Of a stretch of 18,839 nucleotides of DNA, positions 15,671-18,839 are shown piece by piece. The DNA lies in NCBI GenBank assembly GCA_963816145.1, contig CAWFJP010000007.1, positions 1 through 18,839 on the forward strand. The letters are read 5' to 3'. Within the stretch, counting starts at the first letter, position 1. Every line of letters begins with the position of its first letter. The position numbers were made by a program, and so were the translations under genes. The notes below the pieces were generated by a model. The model was not told where the DNA came from. It searched no databases and saw nothing but the letters and a program-made list of their open reading frames with translations. This DNA comes from an uncultured delta proteobacterium (GTDB lineage Bacteria > Desulfobacterota > Binatia > UBA9968).

Positions 15671-16135
15671 CTATGCCAACTGCCCCGAGGCCCGTTTGAC
15701 CGCGCGCAGGATTCTTATATGCGTGCCGCAGCGGCACAGATTACCCGCCAACGCTTCTTTGATTTGATTGTCCGTCGGCTTCGGATTCTTATCGAGCAAG
15801 GCCTTGGTGGTCATGATCATGCCGTTGATGCAGTAGCCGCATTGGACGGCCTGCTCGTCGACGAAAGCCTGCTGGATCTTGTGCAGTTTCTTGGTGTTGC
15901 CCAATCCCTCGAGGGTGGTGACGGCTTTGTTTTGCGCAGCGGCGACCGGGGTGACGCAAGAGCGGATCGCTGCGCCGTCCATGATCACGGTGCAGGCGCC
16001 GCATTGGGCCAGGCCGCAGCCGAACTTGGGGCCGTTCAACTGCAAATCGTTACGCAGGGCATAAAGCAGCGGCATTTCCGGTTCGGCGTCGACGACCTGC
16101 GTTTTGCCGTTTACGCGTAATGATATTTTTGCCAT
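15671..16135 (-). CDS. 2x[2Fe-2S] small subunit of Mo-hydroxylase (IorA/CoxS-like)
   Basis: GCGLAQCGACTV...RSC, QCGYC, NLCRCG. Start at ATG 16135 with SD AAGGAG. Confidence 0.95.
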   Translation of the reverse strand: MAKISLRVNGKTQVVDAEPEMPLLYALRNDLQLNGPKFGCGLAQCGACTVIMDGAAIRSCVTPVAAAQNKAVTTLEGLGNTKKLHKIQQAFVDEQAVQCGYCINGMIMTTKALLDKNPKPTDNQIKEALAGNLCRCGTHIRILRAVKRASGQLA

Positions 16136-16189
16136 TGGGTTTAGCTCCTTGTGGAACAAAAGTTTTATAGCACAAACTCAGATCCAACT

Positions 16190-16222
16190 AAAAAAACGAA
16201 TTCAGCGCGCGACTCTGAATTC
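16190..16222 (-). terminator. Intrinsic terminator after the upstream large subunit
   Basis: Minus strand GAATTCAG-agtcgcgcg-CTGAATTC-g-TTTTTTT, 18 bp after the stop codon at 16241. Confidence 0.7.
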
Positions 16223-16223
16223 T

Positions 16224-16245
16224 CACGACCACGGACACGATCACG
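16224..16245. repeat. CACGA(N)-type hexamer tandem repeat overlapping a stop codon
   Basis: CACGAC CACGGA CACGAT CACG; same unit as the 9733-9748 arm. Confidence 0.55.
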
Positions 16246-18508
16246 TTTTCATCTGCAACGCCGCCAGCACCCGCTTGGCGGTAAGCGGCCCTTCATATAA
16301 GCGCGCGCCGGTGGCGTCGAAGATGGCGTTGCCGATGGCGGCGGCGAGCGGGATGGTTGCCGGTTCGCCGGCGCCCAAGGGTGCGATCTCCGGGCGGTTG
16401 ATCAGGACGATTTCCAGCTCGGGCAAGTCGGTGAAGCGCAAGATGGGGTAACTCGCCCAGTCGAGACTGGTGACGCCATTGGCATTGAAACCGACTTCTT
16501 CGAATAGCGCGCGGCTGACGCCTTGAATCACGTTGCCTTCGATCTGATTCTTCAAACCGTCGGGGTTGACGATCAAGCCGCAGTCATGGGAGCAGACGAT
16601 GCGCTTGACCGCGACCTGGCCAGTGTTCTTGTTGACTTCGACCTCGACGACCGTGGCAACGTAGGCGCCCGAGCGGCGCGTCAGCGCAACCCCTCGTCCC
16701 TGGGCAGTGTTGCCGGCGCCGAGGAGCGCAGGGAAGGCGCGTTTTTGCCACTTGGCTTTGTCCGCGGCGGCTTGCAGACACTCGCCGGCGCGCTTGTCTT
16801 TGCTCAAGTGGCGCAGACGAAACTCCACCGGATCGGCTTTCAAGTCAGCGGCGATCTCGTCGAGCATGCACTCGGTGGCGAAGCAGCGCGAGATATCGCC
16901 TGGAGCGCGCAGCTGGCTGGTGCGCAGCGGATGGGGCTCGGCGAAACGCCAATTGATCAAGTTGGCGACAATGCGCTGATTGTCGACGCCGTAGATTTCT
17001 CCGGCACTCTGACTGCCGTTGGTGGCGTCGGGGTTCGCCGGCTTGATGCCGACTTGCACGGACGCCAGCATGGGCGTGCCGTCGGCTTCGGTGCGCGGCA
17101 AGCTCAGGTCGGTGAAATCCCACATCGTCAGCTTGCCGTCGCCGTCGACGCCGGCTCTTACTAGTTCGACTTGCGCTGGTCCCTTGGGCGACCAGCCATG
17201 CTCGTCTTGGCGCGACCACTGGACGCGCACCGGCGCACCGACCGCGCGCGATAACAGCGCTGCATCTTCGCCGGCATCTTCGGTGGCGAGCCGGCCGTAG
17301 GAGCCGGCGCCTTCATAATAAATCACCCGCACGTCTTTCTCGGGTAGGCCGAGCAAGGTCGCGATGTTCTTGCGCGAGCGGAACGGCCCTTGGGTGCCGC
17401 ACCAGATGGTCGCGCGATCGCTCTTGACGTCGGCGATGGCGCAGGACGGGCCGATCATGCCGTGCAATTGAAACGGAAAGCGATAGGTGCGCGCATAGCT
17501 TTTCTTGGCTTGCTTCAGGGCCTCGTCGATATTACCGCGGTCCACAGCTTTGGTGCTGCGCATGGGCTTGGTTTTTTGCAGGTAGACGTAGGCTTCTTCT
17601 TGGTTGGCCGGCAGCTTGATGGTTGGTGGCGACCAGCTGACCTTGAGAGCTTGAGCGGCCTTGATGGCGGCCCATTCGGTCTTCGCCACCACACCGACGA
17701 ACTTGCCCTCACGGACAATCATGACGACGCCGGGAATGGCGCGCACGGAATCTTGTTCGATGCTGATCGGTTCGGTGTTGATCACCGGCGGCCGCACCAC
17801 CCGTCCCTGCAGCATGCCGGGAATGCGCAGGTCATTGATATAGATGGCTTCGCCGGTGAGCTTGGGCGGCAAATCGAAACGCTGCACGTTGGCGCCGACG
17901 GTGCGGTACTCTTTGATGCTCTTCGGTTTAACATCGTCGGCCAGTTTCAATTCCGCGGCGGCGCCTTTGGCGGTAATTCTGACGTTGAATTTCTTGCCGC
18001 CGACCAATTCGCCATAGGACACTTGTTTGGCGGGCGCGCCGGACAAACTGACGACGCCGTCACGGACCGTAAGTTTATCGGCTGGAGCACCTAACTTTTC
18101 CCCGGCGAGCCGCAGCAGTTCTTTGCGCGCGGCGGCTGCGGCCTGGCGAATTTGCGGTCCGGCGCGTTCGAGGCTGCGGCTGCCGCCGGTGGCCGACTGG
18201 TCGACGGTGCGCGCCGTGTCACCCATGATGACTTTGATCTGGCTCATCGAAATATCCAACTCCTCCGCCGCGATCTGCGCCAGCGCGGTTTCGATGCCGG
18301 TGCCCAGTTCAACTTTGCTGGTGAAGATGGTGACCTTACCGTCGGCCGCGACCGCTATCCACGAATCGAGCGCCGCCGGGTCGAGATCGCCGTTGGGCAA
18401 TAAGGTCTGTGCTCGGGCGCTTTTAGTTGGCGGAAAGAGGTTGAATGCGACGACGAGAGCGCCGCTGGCTTTGATAAATTGTCGGCGAGTAATGGCCGGT
18501 GATTTCAA
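16241..18508 (-). CDS. Xanthine-oxidase-family Mo-hydroxylase large subunit (IorB/NicB-like) with Tat signal
   Basis: MKSPAITRRQFIK, KVELGTG, EGAGSYGR, LRAPG, HDCGLIVNP...QIEG, catalytic-Glu motif GAGEP. TTG start with GGAG upstream. Clear paralog of 13261-15539. Confidence 0.93.
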   Translation of the reverse strand: MKSPAITRRQFIKASGALVVAFNLFPPTKSARAQTLLPNGDLDPAALDSWIAVAADGKVTIFTSKVELGTGIETALAQIAAEELDISMSQIKVIMGDTARTVDQSATGGSRSLERAGPQIRQAAAAARKELLRLAGEKLGAPADKLTVRDGVVSLSGAPAKQVSYGELVGGKKFNVRITAKGAAAELKLADDVKPKSIKEYRTVGANVQRFDLPPKLTGEAIYINDLRIPGMLQGRVVRPPVINTEPISIEQDSVRAIPGVVMIVREGKFVGVVAKTEWAAIKAAQALKVSWSPPTIKLPANQEEAYVYLQKTKPMRSTKAVDRGNIDEALKQAKKSYARTYRFPFQLHGMIGPSCAIADVKSDRATIWCGTQGPFRSRKNIATLLGLPEKDVRVIYYEGAGSYGRLATEDAGEDAALLSRAVGAPVRVQWSRQDEHGWSPKGPAQVELVRAGVDGDGKLTMWDFTDLSLPRTEADGTPMLASVQVGIKPANPDATNGSQSAGEIYGVDNQRIVANLINWRFAEPHPLRTSQLRAPGDISRCFATECMLDEIAADLKADPVEFRLRHLSKDKRAGECLQAAADKAKWQKRAFPALLGAGNTAQGRGVALTRRSGAYVATVVEVEVNKNTGQVAVKRIVCSHDCGLIVNPDGLKNQIEGNVIQGVSRALFEEVGFNANGVTSLDWASYPILRFTDLPELEIVLINRPEIAPLGAGEPATIPLAAAIGNAIFDATGARLYEGPLTAKRVLAALQMKT

Positions 18509-18560
18509 GTCGAGTCTCCGTCAAAGAATTTGACCCGATGAACGTGTGACCGCGCGAAGA

Positions 18561-18590
18561 ATTCTAAAATATGAGTGCGCGTCAAATCAA
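18561..18590 (-). promoter_or_regulatory. Putative sigma70 promoter of the first large subunit
   Basis: TTGATT (18585-18590), 18-nt spacer, TAGAAT (18561-18566). Confidence 0.45.
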
Positions 18591-18646
18591 CTGCTGAAGC
18601 AGCTCAGATACTTATACCACGAGAATCTGCTTTGGTGAATTGCCGC

Positions 18647-18816
18647 TCAATTCTCGGCCAGCGATATGGCGATGGTGCCGGCGACCACGAGAATCGCGCC
18701 GATGACGGTCCGGGTGGTGATCTTTTCGACGTCGCGTAGCGCATACCGCGCTTGGACAGAATGAAGCTCAAGGCGTAGGCGATGGCCGCCGCGAGAGCGA
18801 TGATTTGGGCGGTCAT
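18647..18816 (-). pseudogene. EamA/DMT-family transporter remnant with a large internal deletion
   Basis: SD AAGGAG (18823-18828) and MTAQIIALAAAIAYALSFILSKRGMRY, joined out of frame to LRDVEKITTRTVIGAILVVAGTIAISLAEN* (TGA 18647-18649). These look like the first and last helices of an EamA protein. Confidence 0.78.
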
Positions 18817-18839
18817 GCAACTCTCCTTAAGAATCGGAG

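Noticed and set aside
235-18533. Numerous overlapping antisense or alternate-frame ORFs in the track (e.g. 5871-6470 +, 7552-8424 -, 10889-11734 -, 11137-12102 +, 12767-13477 +, 17390-18094 +)
   Set aside because: They are shadows of well-supported genes in GC-rich DNA, with no family motifs and biased Arg/Ala/Ser/Pro composition.

Overview
An 18.8 kb, moderately GC-rich bacterial window that is almost entirely minus-strand and centred on molybdenum metabolism and solute uptake or catabolism. Left to right it holds: the 5' end of a secreted protein; modCBA under an unusual XRE-HTH / MoeA-C-like / PBP_like regulator with a palindromic upstream region; a small CxxC protein; a 'core' MetE-like Zn enzyme; an RluA-type pseudouridine synthase (one frameshift); a BrnT/BrnA toxin-antitoxin pair with a leaderless-looking promoter; an MFS transporter that appears to start at ATT; a divergent TAXI-fold protein with no signal peptide; two orphan NMT1/SsuA-type binding proteins; an amidohydro_2 enzyme; two paralogous Tat-signal Mo-hydroxylase large subunits flanking one 2x[2Fe-2S] small subunit; and an internally deleted EamA remnant. 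Many intergenic gaps hold short 6-, 7- or 9-nt periodic repeats or palindromes of several families. Several +1 homopolymer insertions suggest long-read sequencing error. The gene content resembles Candidatus Binatia/Binatota-type genomes, but that is inference only.
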